DNA of 64,000 nt from Lama glama (Eukaryota): NCBI GenBank assembly GCA_028534125.1, contig CM052817.1, positions 63,614,001-63,678,000 of the forward strand, read 5' to 3'. A program made the translations under genes and the position numbers. Shown here one piece after another: positions 11,312 through 25,915 of the stretch. Below the pieces are notes generated by a model. It did not search any database. It was given only the letters and a program-made list of their open reading frames with translations, and was not told the DNA's origin. Each line of letters opens with the position of its first letter. Position 1 is the stretch's first letter.

Positions 11312-12890
11312 TTCATTCATTCATTCATTCATTCATTCTTTTATCTGTTCATTTAACTGCTCTTTATTGAGATCCTAATAAGCATATGGCACTGTTCCAG
11401 GCACTGAAGAAATGGCAGTCAACAAATCAGACAAAAATATCTAGTGTTATGGAACTTACACTATAATATTTAGACAGATATTAAAACCCAACAAAACCCA
11501 AGTATGTCTATAGTTTATTAGAATATGACTACATAGAAAAGAAGAGAAAAGAGAGAAGTCCTTGGGGGAGAATAGCTCCAGTTTTTCAGCGTGGCCAGGG
11601 AAATCCTCTGTGAGAAGGTGACAAGTGAGCAAAGACAAAGAGAGTGGACCATGTGGACAGGTTTCCAGGCATCAAAAGCAGCAAGAACAAAAGCAAGTAT
11701 GAGAAACAGCCAGCTAGATGGTGTCACCTACATGCAGTGAGCTGCGGGGAGGTGAGTAGGAGATGAGATGAAAGAGTAATTGGCTTAGAGGTGGAAGCAG
11801 GTATATTGCATAGGGCCTTGTATCATTGTAAGTATTTTAGCTTTTACACAGGTTGAGAAGTGAAGCCATGGAGGGTTTTGAACAGAGGAGAGATTTAATC
11901 CAATTTATATTTCAGTTGGTACTTTCTGACTATGGTCTTGGTCTTGAGAATAGACATTTGGAGGAGCAAGCATAGAAGCAAGGAGTCCCATTAGGAAGTT
12001 ACATCCATAATTCAGAGAAAAGCTGATTACAGTGGTAGCAGCAAGAGGTTATAAAAAGAGGTTGGTTGAAATTTGTATTTATTTGGAAAGCAGGGTCAGT
12101 AGGATTTTCTGACTGACTCGATGAGGGTGTGAAGGAGATGAGTCAATGCATAAGTTAGGATTTGGATATGGAAATTTTGAAATGCACATGAGACATCCAA
12201 CTAGGGGTTTGATATTTGAGATTCAGTGACGAGATCTTCACTGGGGGTAAAATATGGGACCTTGTCAACGTAAAGATAGCATTTAAAACTGTCACCAAGG
12301 TTGTGAGATAAAACAGAAATTGAAAAGCAGAGCCTAAGAGCACTCCACCTTTAATAAAGTTAGGGAGATCAAAAGGAACTGGAAAAGGAAGTTGAAAATG
12401 GCTGCTCAGTGGGACAGGGATTTGTCCTGGATGTTATGCACAGAAAGAGTGTCACGTGCTCAGTCAAATGCTGTTAACAGGTAGGAGGGAGACTGAGAAC
12501 CACACTGGATTTGGCCACATGGCAATTATTGCAGGTCATGACAAAAGTGGTTTCTGTACAGTGTAGAGAGTGAAAGCCTCTTAGCTTCAAGGGAGAATAA
12601 AAAAGAGGAGTTGGGGAGAGTGAGCACAGAAAATATTTTAAGGAAGTTTGCAGTAAATGGAGACAGAGACATGCAGCAGTGACTGGAGGAAAAGAGGGAT
12701 CAACCAAGAACTTAAAAAATGTGATAAGAATCTGTCTGTCTGGTGCTGGGATGATCTAGAAGAGAAGTGTTGATGATGAAAGGGGAGAGGAGAGTTGCTG
12801 AAGAAATGTCCTTCTGTAAGAGATGCCCTGATCCAGTACATGACGGAGTGAGGGAGCCTTAGACAGGTGCAGGAAAAGTTCATCAATACT
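11312..12890 (-). mobile_element. L2 LINE, long 3' fragment
   Basis: (TTCA)n terminus at 11312-11338, then TTTATTGAG..GGCACTGTTCCAGGCACTG and typical L2 body motifs. Confidence 0.85.
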
Positions 12891-12899
12891 ACCTAATAA

Positions 12900-14260
12900 G
12901 CAAATACAGAAATTGCGTAGATGAGAATATTTAGCCTTTAAATCTTGTAAAATAGAGAAAGTAGTCTCTAGAAAGTAGAAAAAGTGCCAAGGATAATTCA
13001 CATTAAGTCAGAGCAAATACAAGATCTGAACATAGCTGCTCATTTTAAGACTTTTTTTTTTTTAAATAAAGGAAATAGCACATGTAAACTATGCAAACAT
13101 ACTATAGTAGGAAAAAGGAAAAAGTTAGAGGTGGGGGAAAAGTTAAAAAAAAAAACATCATATGCAAAATTAAAACAAATGATTCGAAACATAATCCAAG
13201 GACTAACAGCATATTCTCAAGATCAATTTGAAATATAGAAGAATTTAATGGGAGAAATTAGGAGTCAATAAGATGGATTACAGAAATAAGAGGAAAGACA
13301 ACAAAATGAGTTGGAATGTAAGATTTCACAACTAAGGAAATTAATTGAGAGCCAAAATATTCAAATTGAATGTATAGAAATAGAAAAACGCAAAAGTCAA
13401 ATCAATGACATAAAACAATATTTGAGGCAGTTACAGAAAAGAGAAAATAGAAACAGATATTAAAGATTCTCATTGAGCAATGTTGATAAGCAGACACACT
13501 ATGATAATCAAATATATGGACAACAACCTATTAGAAATTTGGTAAATGGAATAAAAAATTGAAGACATATAATACAATAACATTTCTCTGAAGAAACGAA
13601 GGAAGAACTGAATCTAAATATGTTACAATATATACCAGAAAGAACTTTAACGGAACATTCAGAAATGACACAAACTCTGGTTAAACTATTTTGTGTCCAT
13701 GATAAAAAGAGTTTCTCAGTCATGAGCAGAAAACACAAATCAACTTCAAAGAGGAATAAATTCAAGCTGGCCTCAAATGTCATCACCACAACATTTAATA
13801 CCAGAATTCAGTGGAACACTGTCTTCAAATATCTGATGGGAAAAAAATGTCTGAGTGAATATTGTTATTCCTCAACAAGTTGCATTTTGGATATAAAGGC
13901 AAATGGCAAACATTTACATACATGAAACAACACATGAAAAGTACCCAAGAGTTTATGGATGTTTAAGAATTAAGTATTCAGTATTTAAATCCGGACAACC
14001 AAAAGATGATTAAAAAATCAAGAATTAAAAAGGCATTAATGATATAGTTATGGTTAGTAAAAGGATGGTGGTCAATGTTGAATTCACTTAGGGTACTGGG
14101 ACATACCTTCTAGAAAAATTAAGGCATAGGAGAGTCTATAATATAAATCCTGACAAAGAAAATTAGTATTGGCGACATAATTAGAAAGGAGGAGGAATGG
14201 TAAAACGTACTTTAATTTATAGAGCAAGGAGTCACTACATGCAGATTAAATAGAAACACA
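12900..14260 (+). mobile_element. Ancient L1M ORF1-region fragment
   Basis: A-rich; ORF 13620-13925 resembles degenerate ORF1p C-terminus (KFKLASNV...RIQWNTVFKYL). Confidence 0.65.
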
Positions 14261-14584
14261 TAGTTAAAAACATTTCTTTAATTGTTGTTTTCCCCTCCAT
14301 TATACAGGCAATAGCAAGGACCATGTCTTTTTACTTTCTGTGTAGGCTATCTTCCTCACTCTTTCTCTTCTATTGATGCTCAAAGTCTATCATGAACTCA
14401 ATGAAGACAGAAAAGTTGAGATAGTTAAGTCTATTATTTTGTTTTCATTTGTAGCTGAAATAATTATTTATAAAGAGACTCTTCTTGATATTACTTGGTT
14501 ACCAAGGGGATAATTCAATTGTAAAGGATTATAAATATTTGATTCTTTCCTTTTACGGGCCTAGTTTTCAGGATGATTAATTAG

Positions 14585-14775
14585 ATCTCTGAAATGCTAG
14601 AATGACTCATACCAGCTTACGTAACAGTTCTTAAATTTTCAGAATTTTCACCCACCAGTTGCTTAAAATTTGTCACAGTGAAAGTATTTACACCACAGAA
14701 ATAGTCAAATGCTATCAACAGGGCTTATAGATAATAATACTTTTATTAATAATTTAGAATCATTGTTTCCACTGA
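14585..14775. mobile_element. MER63-like hAT DNA transposon relic
   Basis: TTAAATTTTCAGAATTTT and AGTATTTACACCACAGAAAT..CAAATGCTA..CAGGGCT motifs. Confidence 0.55.
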
Positions 14776-16604
14776 TGAGACACCGTATTTTTCAAAATGC
14801 TACCATAAGAAAAATACTCTTTTGAAAACAATTAGAATAGCAGGGAAAAGGAAAATATATTTCAACTGTATCAATTAATCATAACAGCCGCCAATATACT
14901 TGCATATTTCCTTATAAACTCTTAGGATGTATGTTTTTTAAAATGAAAATGCTACTTATTTTTTCATCCTTTACACTGCAACACAACTATTTCCCTATGC
15001 TTAAGTGTCCAATGAGCAACATTTTAATAAACTAATCTACTAAGTGGAAATGACATTATGTGAAAATATCCTGAACTTGTTGGATATTTAAATATTTTCA
15101 AAATATTTGCAATTATACAAAATTATCTGAGGAATGTTTTTGTGTACTTTTTTCCCTCCTGTTTTCTAGTTGCTTCTTTAAAATGTATTCTAGAATTGGA
15201 TTATACAGGAAAAGAATGTTAATTTCTTTAAGATTCTTATTACATATAGCTAAAACTGGCCTATAGTTTATAATCAATAAGATTCTGGTTTGGTATTAAA
15301 ATCGTACTTCTGCATTTAAATAAGCTGTATAGATCTTGTGGCAGGGGAAGTGGGGAAAAAGAGCATCACTGAAAAATAATGAGAAAAATTTAAAAAGTAC
15401 CCATGGGAAATAATGTGAGAAAAATAATTATCTCAAAGTTTTTAAATTCTAAGCCATGTTCCATATAACCAATTATTACATTCAATAGAAAAATAATAAT
15501 TTCTGGTTAAACTTTTTATCCTTTAGGATCTTAAAGTCTGAATGTTCTCTTTTCTCAATCTATATTGTCATTCAAAAAATAGAAACAGCCAAAACTGCAT
15601 ACAGTGCAGCAGATTAGCAATGAAAGTGCTTATATGAAATTTCTTATGGGATTGTTTAAATGTACACACAGCGCAAAACAAAAAAACAAAAAAACAATGT
15701 GCTTGAGGTTTTAGTTAAAAAATCATTTTGCTTTACAAGTAGCTGAATGCCCAAAGAAAAACCTGTTATGTCTCAGGAACTATTCAATAGCAATTGTAAT
15801 GTAATATGTTTTGCTTTTCACAGTTCTGAAAGGAAGTTATTGTTGTCACCCTGTTAAAGACAAGGCAAGACCAACATTCATAGGAATTAAGCTTGCCCAG
15901 AGCAGCAAAGCTAAAAAATGGAAGACTGAAGCCCATGCACAAAAGGGCAGTCACTAATGGGGACATGTTCCAGAGGTATTTCTTCATTTAGGTAATCTGA
16001 GTTGGATCGTTAGCCTACAAGCAGCTAGTGAAACAAGACTGCACTCAAGTACCAATCTAACCAGCAGTCAAAGCGTTTACTCAGGATGAGCCCAATGATG
16101 AGGAAAGGGCCCATTGCCCCAAGCAGCATTCCTCCTGTTTTCACAATTATTACCCTCAGATGCTCTTTGCTCATTACCACTCTTACAATGAGCAGCATCA
16201 GCAAATACGTACTATTCAAGAAACTTAACTTATCTAACCCAGAAGATGAAAACAGAAATTGAAAGTCGTTGATACAAGATTTCTGACGATAATGTTTACT
16301 GAAAGGATAATAGTTGGAAAGAAAGGAAAATTACCACAAAAAAGCAGAGTGATTCAAGTACAAAGGGGTTAAGGTGACAAAGGCAGATTTAATTGGTCAC
16401 ATGCTGGAAAACGCAGAGGTCTGAGTTCTTGATGGCACTGTTCTGACTACTGTGCTTTGAAACTTTGCACTGATACTGCTCAAATGATGAGTTATCTATT
16501 GTGAATGTGTAATTTCAGCACTTAGCCTATAATAGTTGCACGTTTTGGATAATCCACTTTACATTTCTTATTCCTTACTTCAAAATGTAAAAATCAGCTA
16601 ACTA

Positions 16605-16695
16605 CAGGTCAGTACTGCTGCACTGTACAACACCATGGGCCACACTGCCCCCTATCTAAACGGTGACCATGGGCTGTGCAATGGGCACATCCTAC
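16605..16695. mobile_element. MER91-like hAT MITE relic
   Basis: Imperfect palindrome TGCACTGTACAACACCATGG...CCATGGGCTGTGCAATGGGCA. Confidence 0.35.
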
Positions 16696-19319
16696 CTTAG
16701 ATGTTTATGTTCATTTTGAAGAGGGTTTTTTAAATACAAAATTGACCAGCTACTATTTTTACAGATATTTTCTCCATGCTATCGTTGTTAGCAATAATAT
16801 ACTTTTAAAGGCAATGTGTTCAGTGCAGCAAATAAAATGTTTCCTAACACCTGGAATATGTATTTTTTTGTATAGTGTGTTCATTTATTCAACAGACTTT
16901 TTTTTAATCTCTAGCGTGTTCCACACAATCAGGATCAAAAATGAAGAAAACACTGTCATGGTCCTCGAGAAGCATCTTAACCTGAGGCTTTTAAACTTCA
17001 AATCACATAACTAATCTGCCTTGCCCTGATTAGATGTTCACTAAAATTCCTTTCAATTATAATAGTTTCTCACATGGCACCTAGGGAGAAAATGTGCTTA
17101 CTAGAAGACTCAAGTGTCTGGTTCCCTGGATAGTTGTATTTCTTACTGTAAATTTATCGACTGGCTCCTTGATTACAATCAGGCTTTGTAGGTAGCTTTC
17201 CTTATTTGGTTCCTTTAGCAATTACAGTTCTTATTGTAAGGTGATATTTGGGTTTTATATATCAGTCTCCTGAGCTTGGTTAGTATAAGTTTGCCCATGA
17301 AAGTTATTTGTCTTTGGTGTACTAGATTTCTGAAATAGAATAGCTGAGGTTCAGATCCTGGGTGACCATAAATTTACTACGGTAGTGCCACATTTTAAAA
17401 CCTCTTGGGAACTAGCCACCTAGGTTTCCCTAGTGAATCCACCTCTTCCTTTAGATCAGTTGAACCAAGTACATATTTGATAGTAAACAAGTTAAAATAT
17501 TAGGTTAAATACTAAGGTTTCCGAACAAATCTGAACAAATCTATGCATATGAAATTATAGTTCTAACTGACTCAATTTTTTTCCTCTTAAATATTTAGAT
17601 ATTTCCTTTGAATAACTCTATACTAAAAGCCTATTTAGCTGACTGTGTCTTCCTACCATACCACTATAACCCAGAGAAGTAGAAACTATAAAAATAGGTA
17701 ATATATTTTCAAGTAATTCATGGATCAAAAAAGTTAGAATGCAAGTAAGATAACATTTTGTATTGAATGATGATGAAAATACAACATATCAACAAAAAAT
17801 GAACTCAGTATTACTGTGATACTCAAAATAGTTTGCTGTTTCCCATTTCATTAACTTGTGTTTTTCATTTGACGAGCATTTACATTCTATTTTAAAGTGT
17901 AAAACCACATATTATAGGCTATTAACAAATCATTTATTTCAAAAGAAGATTATATTGGAAAAAGAAAGTAGGAAGTTTTATAGACAGTCCTTGGAACCTG
18001 ACTTCAGATATGTTTGTAATATCACATTATTACTCACTAATTTCATGATTTATTTTCTTTCCTAAATAACTAATGAAGAGTTTTGTTATTTAAATTAACA
18101 AGAGTTTTAACAGAAAAAGTATAGTAAATATAATTTGACTACATGAGGAATATGAAATTAAAAAATATCCAACTAACTCCAATTCATCAGAAAATTCTAA
18201 GAAGCCTCAGATGCAGATAACACAGAAAAAGGTTCCACTTAAGTTTTTAAGATGAAACTTTTTTCCTCCTTATGAGCTTTAGACATCCAATCTATAAGAT
18301 TAGAATTGATGCACTAAGTTTTAATTAGGTTCAGAAAAATCTTACAAGAAATTGTAATAGTGTCTTGCCTTAAAACAAACCATAAAGAACAACAAAGTTT
18401 ATTAGCACATTGTTCAGAGAATCATAGAGAATTTCCAAATGAGAAAGAAGTGTGATAAAGAATAACTTAATTAGGATTTATATCATTAAAATATAAAAAT
18501 CTAAAAACAAAGCCTTATGTAGGTGTTAACATTAGAAAGTTACTCAGTATTTGATTTTAAATCAAGAAAATCTGCACTTTTAGCATTACATAATGTAAGG
18601 GCAAATTAAATATAAAACACTGCTGTTGTGTCCCCTACTTTCGCCACACGTTAAAGAGAAGAAGAAGGGCCTCCACTCTGAAGAGGGAAAACAGGAGTCT
18701 GTGCTTCAGAATTACAGATGACATCCCATAATAGTCTAACCCAGGTAACATCTGTCATACAATTGATTAGAATTAATTCTTGAAAATTCAAGAACACTAA
18801 AACCACAGCAATAGCTTTACATATAAACTCCAAGTGTCTAAGAACAGAGCCCTCTACTGAGCCCTGGGAAAGAAACACAGCAGGGGAAGTACTGTGGTTA
18901 CCAGGGTAAACTGGTAAGTCTCGTCAGGATCAAAGTTCCTCCTTTGCTCTAAATTATACATCAGTGTGGAGACAGTGTGGAGACTGTAAACCTTTACAGC
19001 AAGCTGTTTTAAACATTTCAGGCAATGGCTGATTCCAAACTTCTAATAATCTGTGTCCAAGAATGAGGATAACTGCCGATCACTGATTTGTTCCACGTGT
19101 ATACTTCACCTTCCATCCAACACAGACGCAATGCTGGGGACACTGACTCTAGAAACCCTACCATCTAGGGACAGAGACAGATAAACATCAGCAGTATTCC
19201 CTGTCCCCTAAACACACACATGCATACAGATACAGGAAGGATTATTATTATCAAATGAGAAAAATATTATGACAAAGATAAGCACAGAGTATTGCAGTGT
19301 TATGAGAACCCTAAAAAAA

Positions 19320-22260
19320 CACAAACAGGCTTCAGGTTAGGGTGGGGAACTTCCGTTTCTGCACAGGATCAAATACCTTGTGAAGGCCAATGCTCACACT
19401 GCAACAACTAGTAAAGAACAATTAGTAAAACAGATCATTTGAAAAAGTCTCATGCTTTTAAAGATATTAGAGTGTTGAGGAAACAACAAAGACTAGACAA
19501 ACTAAAATACCAAAGCAATGAGACTTTTCTCAAAAGATAATCACCATCTGTTTTCTTCTCTAGGGTCATTTGTTTCTGGGTGTGATCTGAGGACCAGAGT
19601 AGGCTCACAAAAAGTGACTTCACTGGAGTACGGAGAAACCAGCAGAGTATTTGATGGGCATGTGGCACCAGTGTGATTGTTTGGAAACTGGAGAAACCAC
19701 TGGTAAGTGGCCAGTTTTCTGCATCAAGGGTAAATGGACAAGGATGGCGCTGGGCCTGAAAGGAAGAGTAAAATCTTTTCCATCTTGCTGTGTTTGTGAG
19801 GCAAACACTAAGAAGGGACAGTCCCATCACATATTCACATCTGGCATATTTTGAAGCTTTCTGGGGTAAAAACTAAAGCTAAATCTCCCACAGTTTCACA
19901 GCTAAGGAGGCAGGATCTACGAGGCTTTGAATTAAAAGCTCATAAGGACCATGTCCAAGGAACAGGGATGAACCAAAGGTGAATTGAGTATTAACTAAAA
20001 CTGCAGCCTAAACCTGATCCTGCTCTCTCCTGGACTGGACCGAAGTGATTAGTCTCTCATGGGTAAACCTTCCCTGTTGGCAAACAGGACAAAAGCTTTT
20101 ACAGTCACTTTATACACAAATCTGACATACAATTAAAAATTACTTGTTATGCAAACAGGCAGGAAATTGTGACCAGTAAGGACAAAAAGTAAGCAAGAGA
20201 AGGATATGAATAAATGATTCAGACCCAGCAGTTCTCCAAGAAGAACATTAAAATATCAAAATGTAATTATTAACAATTAAGGAAGAGAAAAAAAATCATA
20301 GAAGGATGAAAACTGCTACAGGGAATTGGAATCTATAAAATAAACATCAAGTAGGCATTTAAAAACATCAAGTAGGCATTGTACAAGCACAATATTTGAA
20401 ATTTAAACCTCATTGGATGAGATTAATAGTAAACTGGATGAAGAAGAAGAGAGGATTAATGAACTAAAAATAGGTCACAGGTCAATTAAAAAAAAATTGT
20501 AACCGAAACCACAGGAGAAAAACATGGAAAGAAAAAAATAGAGTGCAAGAGAGGTAAGGGACACAGCAAAGGTCTAACATACTTGTAAACAGACTACCCA
20601 AAGGAAATGTCAGGGAAATTGTGCCAAAAGCAATCTCTGAACAGATAATGACCAAGAATTTTCTAAAGCCAATCAACACTATCAAGCCACATATTTAAGA
20701 AAATCATAGGACCACAAGGGTAAATAACATGAAGGCTATAACTAGCCACATCAAGGTCAAGCTGTTGAAATCCAAAGACTAAAATAAATTGTAAAAGCAG
20801 TAACAACAAAACTGATAACAGACTTACCAACAGAAATATGGCAGTCAGTAGAAAATGTGCTAAGCTCTAAAAGATTGACAAAAAATTTCCAACCTAGAGT
20901 TCACCCCAGTGAAAATATCCTTTAAAGATAAGAGTGCAATAAAAATATTTTCAGACAAAGAAAAGATAAGAGTATTAGTCAGCAGCTGAGATCATTGACT
21001 GCAATATTAAAAAATACACAGGAAGTTTCTCAGACTGACAGAAAAATGACCCCGGATGGAAAGAAACTGAAGGAAGAACTGAAGAGCACTAGAAAAGGTG
21101 ACTTTGTTGATACAGAGAAAAAAGATTGGTTGTTTAGAAAAACAACATTATTTGTGTCTTGTGGATGTACACTGCAGAAAGAAAAATGTCTGACAACAAC
21201 AGTACAAAAGGTAAGAGGAGACTAAATGGAGCTCACATGTAGTATGGTTTCAGCACTGTTTACGAAGAGCTAATAGCACTAGCTTAGGGAGCCTCTAATA
21301 AGTCAAGAATGTATATTGAATGACTGAAACATTACGCTGCACACCAGAAATTGGCACAACATTGTAAACTGACTATACTCCAATAAAAGAAGAAAATAAA
21401 AGAGAATGTATACTGAACCCTTGAGCATAAGCACTAGAGAGGAATACAAGGAAGAAACGAGAATAAACAAATTAATTAATTAATATAATTAAATACAGTG
21501 AATATAAATATAATTAACACTATAAGAAAGAGAGAAAAGAGGAACAAAAACAGCAAATACTGCATGGAAAAAATAGACAATATATAGTAAGATGGTAGAT
21601 TTAAATGCAAATATATGAGTAATTACATGAAATCTAAAAGCACCAAAACTATAATTAAAGGACAGAAATAGAATAGTTTTAAAAAATAAGATAAAGCCAC
21701 ATGCTACTTACAAGAAACATTTAAAATATAAGAACATAGAAAAGTGCAAGTAAAAAATGGAAAAATATACCACAAAATATTTATTAAAAGAAAGAGCTGT
21801 TGAAAAAAAGAAAGAGATGTGACTATATTAATATCTGACTAAAAGGACTGTGAAGTAAAAATAATCACTAGAGATTAAAAAGGCTAATTTATAATGAAAA
21901 AATAATTTCAAAAGAAAATAAAACAATCCTTAGTTTCCATTTAACTTAAAACAATACCTAAAGAAAATTTTAGAGGTAAAAGGAGAAATACGTATATCCA
22001 CAGTCATCATAGGAAATTTTAAATGCACCTCTCTCAAAAACTAGTAGAATATACAAAAGGAGAAAAAAAAAACAGTAGCACAATTGAAAATTTGAATACT
22101 ATACTTAACCAATGTGACCTAACTGGCACATACAGAACATTATGCACAGCACCTGCAGAAGATAAATTATTTTCAGCTTCACATAGAAGATTGACCAAAA
22201 TGTGTCATTAGAAGCTCATTTGCCATAAATAGAAAATAATCATCAAAATTAAAATATACA
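19320..22260 (+). mobile_element. Ancient L1M: 5' region, ORF1 and ORF2 endonuclease start
   Basis: A-rich degenerate ORF1 (about 20100-21060) and endonuclease-like LNQCDLTGTYRTL...KLFSASH in ORF 22023-22211. Confidence 0.75.
21321..21402 (+). mobile_element. About 82-bp L1 terminal fragment with target-site duplication
   Basis: CACCAGAAATTG..ACAACATTGTAAACTGACTATACT tail; flanked by AGAATGTATATTGAA (21306-21320) and AGAATGTATACTGAA (21403-21417). Confidence 0.85.
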
Positions 22261-22419
22261 GAAAACAGAACAGTTATGCACTTGATGTGCATACTGTGTT
22301 AAGAAGTTTTTAATTTTTTTAGCCTGAGATTGTACAGAAAACAATTAAAAATTAGAAAATTATATAAGAAAATCAGATTTATACTTAAAATGTTAAAAAA
22401 AAAAACTGGCAACACAATT

Positions 22420-22830
22420 TGAATATTGGATTGGAAGTGCACAGTACCGTATAGCAGGTCATTGTACTCATATAGGTGAATGATAATAAGATTATGAACT
22501 GGGAAAGGAAGAGCGGGCATGGAAGAGTTGATGCAGATTTAGGAGATAGTAAAACTAAAGAATTTCCAGGGCTAAGTGATTGGCATCAACAACTAACATA
22601 GGAATGGTAGGCAATGGAGCAGAAGTGAGGTGAGTTGTGAGATAGGTCACTTCAGTTTGGAACATGCTGTCCTTGAGGTGCATAGGGAACCCCCAGCTGG
22701 AAACGTCTAGCATGAAATTCAATATGTAGTGAAGCACTTGGGGAAAATGGGGACCAGATAAGCAGTCTGGGATTTATCAGTAGCAACAGCCAGGATACTG
22801 ATCAGAGCATCTAAGAGCACTAAAGAAAGA
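22420..22830 (-). mobile_element. L2 fragment
   Basis: TTCAGTTTGGAACATGCTGTCCTTGAGGTGC motif, followed by purine-rich low-complexity sequence to about 22960. Confidence 0.55.
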
Positions 22831-22994
22831 AAATCAGAAGAAGAGAGGAGGAAGGTGAGGATAGACAGTGACAGCAGAAGAAAAGGAAGGAAAAAGAGGA
22901 AAAGGATGAAAGGGAAAGGAAAAAAGGGAAGGATGGCAGATAAAGAATACAGTATGGAGAGGGAAGAGCATCTTCATGGTTTAAAAATATTCAT

Positions 22995-23240
22995 AAACAG
23001 CTATCACTTACTGAGGACTCAGTATGCACCATAATAGGCTCTTTAATAATTTTTTCAAAATAATTGATCTTTACAACCCATTATGTAGTTATGATTACTA
23101 TCTTTACCTTAAAGAAAAGCAAACTGAATTTGAAGAGATTACATAATGTCCTCAAAGTAAACCAGGTATTAAGCAGCAAAATAGGGACAGTAAATCCAGA
23201 TGTTCCTGGCAGGTTTCATGAAATCAAACACTATGCTATA
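22995..23240 (-). mobile_element. MIR SINE
   Basis: CACTTACTGAG...TTACAACCC..GTAG..ATGATTACTATCT..AAACTGA pattern. Confidence 0.6.
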
Positions 23241-25884
23241 GTGCCCACTCAGCCTACGTCACAGAGCTAAGCCAAAACAGGAGAAGAACCGACCCTGAGT
23301 TAGTGGCCACAGTGGCCCGTACTGCAAAACAAAACAAAACAAAAGAAACAAACAAAAAATACAAACTAAGAAACAATATTTTAAAACATGTTCTTTGGAT
23401 TTTGCCTTCAAGAATTCACTAATGTTCTTGACAAAACAGTTGCCCCTGAGTGGTAGAAGACAGACTAAAGCAGGTGGAGGCATCCACAGAAGGTAAACAG
23501 ATGAAGACAATAAATTTGGACTCTTCTTTAAAGTCTAGCCATGAAGAAAGGAAGATTGAGCATAGTTAATGTGTAGTGGAAGGAGATTTTGTTTTTGGTC
23601 CAAATATCTTAGAGTCATGAATATACTGTATGCTGAAGGGTGCGTAAGCAGCAGAGAGATTAAAGAAATAGGAGAAAGACGATAACCTAATGAGGGTGTC
23701 ACCTGAAGAAACAGGACACCAAGTGTGAGAGCCCTGGGGGATCACGTCAAGAGGACTGAGTTAAAACTTGTCCTCAAATCCAAGGAAGAGATTTTCTTTT
23801 CACTAAGAAAGTCGATTCCCAAAGTGTCTATAAAAAAAGGAATTGAAGAAATTCTTCCTGAGATGATTATTTTCTTACGGAGGAGAAAACAAGTGAGTTG
23901 CATTTTATTGGCAATAAAAATATTTTTCATACGGCATGTGACTTTGTATTACTTAAACTAATAGTAACCAAAACTCTGCGTCACTTACATTTATCCTTAT
24001 AATTTCTTAGCTTCCAGAATACAGGCTTTTACACACTTGCAAAATACTATTCGTAAATATTTAGATAAAAGTTAAAGTTCCAGTTCTTCATGTCAGTTGG
24101 CTCAATTTTTGTTTCAGCCCTCGACTACCCTGTACTTTTATCCTCTTTATTACTACCAAAAATTATGTACACAATCAAATCTGAATTTCTTTAGTTGTAG
24201 CTTCCTTCTCTTGAACATACCATTATCCTGCAAGGGCTTGTTTACGATATATATATGTATTTTAACATATATTCCTCATAACCGACGTATTCTCTTTCAT
24301 TAGGACACCTGAGGATGAAGCGAGGCTGGGGAACGTGGTCACAAACTGAAATGTCTTATCTGAAAGTGGATAAAATACCATGAATAGAAACGCTGAGGGT
24401 TGTTTTTAAAAAACATTCATGGGTCTTTAAGCCCAAGGTCTCAGTGAAATTAAGCTAAGTGCAAAATAATCAGACCTTTGGACAAAACCAAAAATGTATC
24501 TGGAACATGATCTCCCTAAGGTGAACATGGGGCATGTCTAATACGTGCTACAAAGATATACAGTCATAATTAAGTGAACTACAAATCTGTTTTGTTGTGG
24601 TGTGGAACACTTTCAGAGATGAAAACCTGACTTATAGGAATTTACACGACTGTAAATCATGGCCTTAGTAAATCTATAAGGCTGCATTTTTATAAGTAGT
24701 TATGTATATTACAAGCAAGTCATTTTCCCTTCTGGCTTTTCAGATTTAGGGTCTTGTATTCAGAAATGTATACTCATTTGGGACACAGCATTCTGGAATT
24801 TTTAACAAGATATAAAATTTCATTTTCTCAGAAAGACAGCCTCATTGTAAGGACCACATATCAAGTAAATGAGAAAAGACACGTACATGTGTTTGTGGGT
24901 GCTTAGAGGGGAAAAGCAGAAAAGGGAATTGAAAGAAGAAACAACTGGAAAATAATCACCCCATAAAAAGTCAACCACTGTCTCCAGAGTAGTAAATTAT
25001 AAGTTGAGGGAGTAATTTGAAATAGGAAGTTAAGATAGAATGCACAGTTTGTAAAGTTAAAATATTGTAAAGTTGGAGTAAGGAATTTTAAAGCAATTTT
25101 AATGTGTGAAAAATTTTGGAACTATGCCATATTGTTTTTCTTCACTTCTAAGAAATTGTACTCTAATACTGAGTATAAAATTCCCTGTGTATTTAGCCTG
25201 TAATTATGCTAGAAAAATATTATTTGCTTTATAAAAGCAAACTTTATATATATGTATGTACACATATATATAATTTTGTTGAAATCTAACTTTAAAATTT
25301 TATGTTGAATATTTCTCATTTTGTTCTGATAGTGCAATACTATGTTTTCAATCTGATTTAAAAAATTGTTTCAAGAAGTCACTTATTTCCAACTACTTAA
25401 TGAAAACCATGAAAACATAAAGATGGAATGAAGAGTGGAGGAAAGAAATAAAATATAAATGAAGCAAGTCATCTTCTTTCCCACGGCACTTTCCCCAAAT
25501 ACACCCTGGGAAAATTCAAAGCTCTTTAGGGTCTCCCTGAAATTCCCTCTTCCTTGTCACTTGCAATGGAATAAAATCCATGAGCTATGAAGCTACCTGT
25601 TACTGTGCTCAGCTAATTTACTACTGAAAAAGTACTTTTGGATTCATTCAAAATAGCAATTTATTTGCAGTTCACTATTATATGGTTTAGCTGTGAATTT
25701 GAATCGGAATCAGAGTTACAAATTGTAGGCTTAAACATAAACTCTCAAATACTCTAATGCGACTTGTTTTATGTGCAAATTTCAATGTCACTGAGTGAAG
25801 TGTACTGTACTACTGTGTTCTTCCTCTCAACAACTATCCATATGGAGCAAGTTTTAGGAAATCTGAGACGTATGTTCATCTTAC

Positions 25885-25915
25885 TTGAATTATCCTTTGT
25901 GCCATTCTTGTGACA
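25885..25915 (-). other. Candidate 31-nt exon
   Basis: Acceptor gttttttataAG, donor CAA/GTAAGA. Confidence 0.25.

Noticed and set aside
16025..16219. 64-aa hydrophobic ORF
   Set aside because: Non-ATG start, no supporting splice sites and no recognisable homology; the region is treated as non-coding.
20342..20380. Short tandem duplications (AAACATCAAGTAGGCATT x2; also 18962-18983, 29987-30005 and about 5588-5645)
   Set aside because: Ordinary slippage duplications with no spacer structure; not CRISPR-like.
23808..23892. Plus-strand exon-like segment ending CAA/GTGAGT
   Set aside because: Lies in sequence that looks like a degenerate L2 remnant and has no partner exons.
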